Shown: piece by piece, positions 63,192-64,000 of the stretch
Layout: each line of letters opens with the position of its first letter
How positions within the stretch are numbered: position 1 is the first letter of the stretch
Virus record (IMG/VR): IMGVR_UViG_3300037258_000279
Span: 29,665 to 93,664 of that record
Origin: a virus
DNA: 64,000 bases
Strand: one strand, 5' to 3'
Made by a program: the position numbers and the translations under genes
The notes under the pieces: generated by a model
The model's input: only the letters and a program-made list of their open reading frames with translations
Database searches by the model: none
What the model was told of the DNA's origin: nothing

Positions 63192-63463
63192 GCGCGAGCT
63201 TCCTCCGTGAAATCGACGGCGATCCAGTTCTCATCAAGATCGCTGATTTGCTCATTCCAACCGGCGAAGGTCGCCAGTGAGATCACATCCTCGCGTAGAT
63301 CGGCCATGATCGTTTCCGAGAATGGCGCATTGCGCGCCCGCATCTTGCCGTAGAGTTGCCCAAGCGCGAATCCTCGTGCAAACGATGGGGATTGGTCGCG
63401 AAATTTGAACGCCAGTCGCCAACTTTCATGCTCATGATCGTCGCTCATTTTCTTTGCCATCAT
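63188..63463 (-). CDS. hypothetical protein
   Basis: GGAGG RBS; FARGFALG. Confidence 0.55.
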   Translation of the reverse strand: MMAKKMSDDHEHESWRLAFKFRDQSPSFARGFALGQLYGKMRARNAPFSETIMADLREDVISLATFAGWNEQISDLDENWIAVDFTEEARA

Positions 63464-63873
63464 CGTCCCTCCTTCCGGGCGCGCAGGCAGCACTGAACAA
63501 ATGCGAGAATCACATTCCCGTCTTTGCGCTGCCATACTTCCGATGCTTGGGCGCCGCCGTTGAGAGGCAGTTCGACCGTTGCGGTCCCATAAAGTGTGCT
63601 GATTGAATACTCTGCGCCATCCGGTCGCAAGGTCAGCGCCGCGTCCAGCGATGTGGTGTATAGCGGTGGATCATAAACGACGCGTGCGTCTATCGTCGTC
63701 TGTCGCATGACACACCATCGGGAATTAAATGAATTGTCATCGCCGTCGATCAACTGCACGACAATGGCCCTACTAGGCCAGTGCAACGCATAGATGAGGC
63801 AGTCCAGTTCCCGGCTTCCCTCCGTCGCCTGTTCCAATTTCGCAATCAGCACATCGAGTGCGTCAGACATCAT
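63460..63873 (-). CDS. hypothetical phage protein
   Basis: LEQATEGSRELD...YTTSLDAALTL. Confidence 0.6.
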   Translation of the reverse strand: MMSDALDVLIAKLEQATEGSRELDCLIYALHWPSRAIVVQLIDGDDNSFNSRWCVMRQTTIDARVVYDPPLYTTSLDAALTLRPDGAEYSISTLYGTATVELPLNGGAQASEVWQRKDGNVILAFVQCCLRARKEGR

Positions 63874-64000
63874 GAGGCTCCGACATGTCAATGCCGTGAG
63901 CCTCGGGCGCGAACGGCATGTCTTTGTTTGGTGCGGCGAAATGCGAATAGCCGCTGAATATGGCGCTCGCTTGGGCTATCAATTCGGCTGCGGAACGCGC

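Noticed and set aside
1-64000. CRISPR array, diversity-generating retroelement, integrase or att site
   Set aside because: No regularly spaced repeats, reverse transcriptase, TR/VR pair or recombinase seen. The repeats in 36159..39248 are protein domain duplications.

Overview
This window is a large part of a GC-rich tailed-phage genome with a podovirus-type structural module. The host is probably a Gram-negative bacterium, possibly an alphaproteobacterium (inference). No integrase or host genes are visible. A + strand early/recombination block (HIRAN, N6-adenine MTase, RecT; 28-5701) converges at a terminator near 5810-5836 with a long - strand block. That block carries small accessory genes, TerS, TerL, portal, a GroES-like protein, scaffold, major capsid, adaptor/nozzle, tail fibre/spike-like proteins, two large ejection proteins (one with a lysozyme domain, one a 3144-aa polyvalent protein) and lysis genes. 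Inside the lysis region sits a ~5.2-kb RNA island (8284-13483). It holds 38 tRNA genes covering all 20 amino acids, five structured non-tRNA RNAs (one Y-RNA-like, one circularly permuted tRNA mimic), two HNH genes and its own predicted sigma70 promoter. The most striking observation is directly behind that promoter: an unannotated, apparently leaderless 45-codon ORF using 34 different codons, whose 3' end can pair with the 5' arm of the intrinsic terminator that precedes the array. This looks like a ribosome-coupled attenuator that would switch on a near-complete replacement tRNA set when translation stalls. Other oddities are six virion-module proteins with Sec-type signal peptides followed by Gln, two candidate genes nested inside the giant ejection gene, and an HNH gene with one in-frame TGA. 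All structures and protein calls were made by eye; no database search or folding program was run.
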